In this document: piece by piece, positions 63,547 to 64,000 of the stretch
How positions within the stretch are numbered: the first letter of the stretch is position 1
Layout: the number at the start of each line of letters is the position of its first letter
NCBI RefSeq assembly: GCF_018977255.1
Contig: NW_024704742.1
Span: 25,856,001 to 25,920,000, forward strand
Length of the DNA stretch: 64,000 nucleotides
Direction of reading: 5' to 3'
Source of the DNA: Callorhinchus milii
Taxonomy: Eukaryota
Notes under the pieces: model-generated
Told to the model about the DNA's origin: nothing
The model's database searches: none
The model's input: the letters and a program-made list of their open reading frames with translations, nothing else
Position numbers and translations under genes: made by a program

Positions 63547-64000
63547 TACAATAAAGCCCCCTTTATAATGCAATGGTTGAGTTTTTAAAATCCACAGCCG
63601 GGCAGATTATTCCCTGCATAACAAGTATTTCACATTGAATCTATTACATGATTTTGAAACAACAACAACTTGCATTTATATAGGTTCCTTCACGCTGGGT
63701 AGTTTCCTGGAGAAACAACTTTGAAGTTAAGGAGACCAGAAATAGTGTTGCCAGTTGAATCTTTTCCATAATAAACTCAACAAGGAGTGGTTTTATTTAT
63801 CCAGTTGTGTTTAGGATTCAGGATCAGTTTTATTGGTAATGAGATGAAATAGTTTGATATTCATGTGTATAAAAGTACCATTTGTACAATTAATCAAATT
63901 TCTGACACCTTTTTTGTGTCACTCTTTCCCAAAATCCCAAGTCTTTTCAATTGATCCACACATTTTGTTAACTGCTAATCAAAGCCCTTTTCCTTGCAAA

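Overview
Vertebrate genomic DNA. The repeat content (CR1 and L2 LINEs, Deu-type SINEs, a young tRNA-Ala-headed SINE) points to a cartilaginous fish; this is an inference. I can support three spliced genes, and the ORF track shows none of them whole. (1) A 210-bp first coding exon of an LRRC27-like gene (- strand, 1775-1566), whose remaining exons lie left of the window. (2) A complete four-exon CYTL1 (- strand, 10821-9021, 139 aa). (3) Coding exon 1 of STK32B (+ strand, 34566-34617) in a CpG island; I found no exon 2, so the rest of the window is probably intron 1. The remainder is decayed LINEs, SINEs and several multi-kilobase low-complexity arrays, which create all the very long ORFs. The main observation is the LRRC27-like gene beside CYTL1-STK32B: as I recall, human LRRC27 lies head-to-head with the paralog STK32C, so this may be a retained whole-genome-duplication paralog. 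Also notable: a 4.2-kb array that reads Gly-Pro-Ala on both strands and grows out of LINE tails, mirror-image GT and CA arrays flanking STK32B exon 1, an atypical non-LTR retroelement, upstream AUGs at STK32B, and a pre-miRNA-sized hairpin. Human comparisons are from memory and need database confirmation. Repeat boundaries are approximate.
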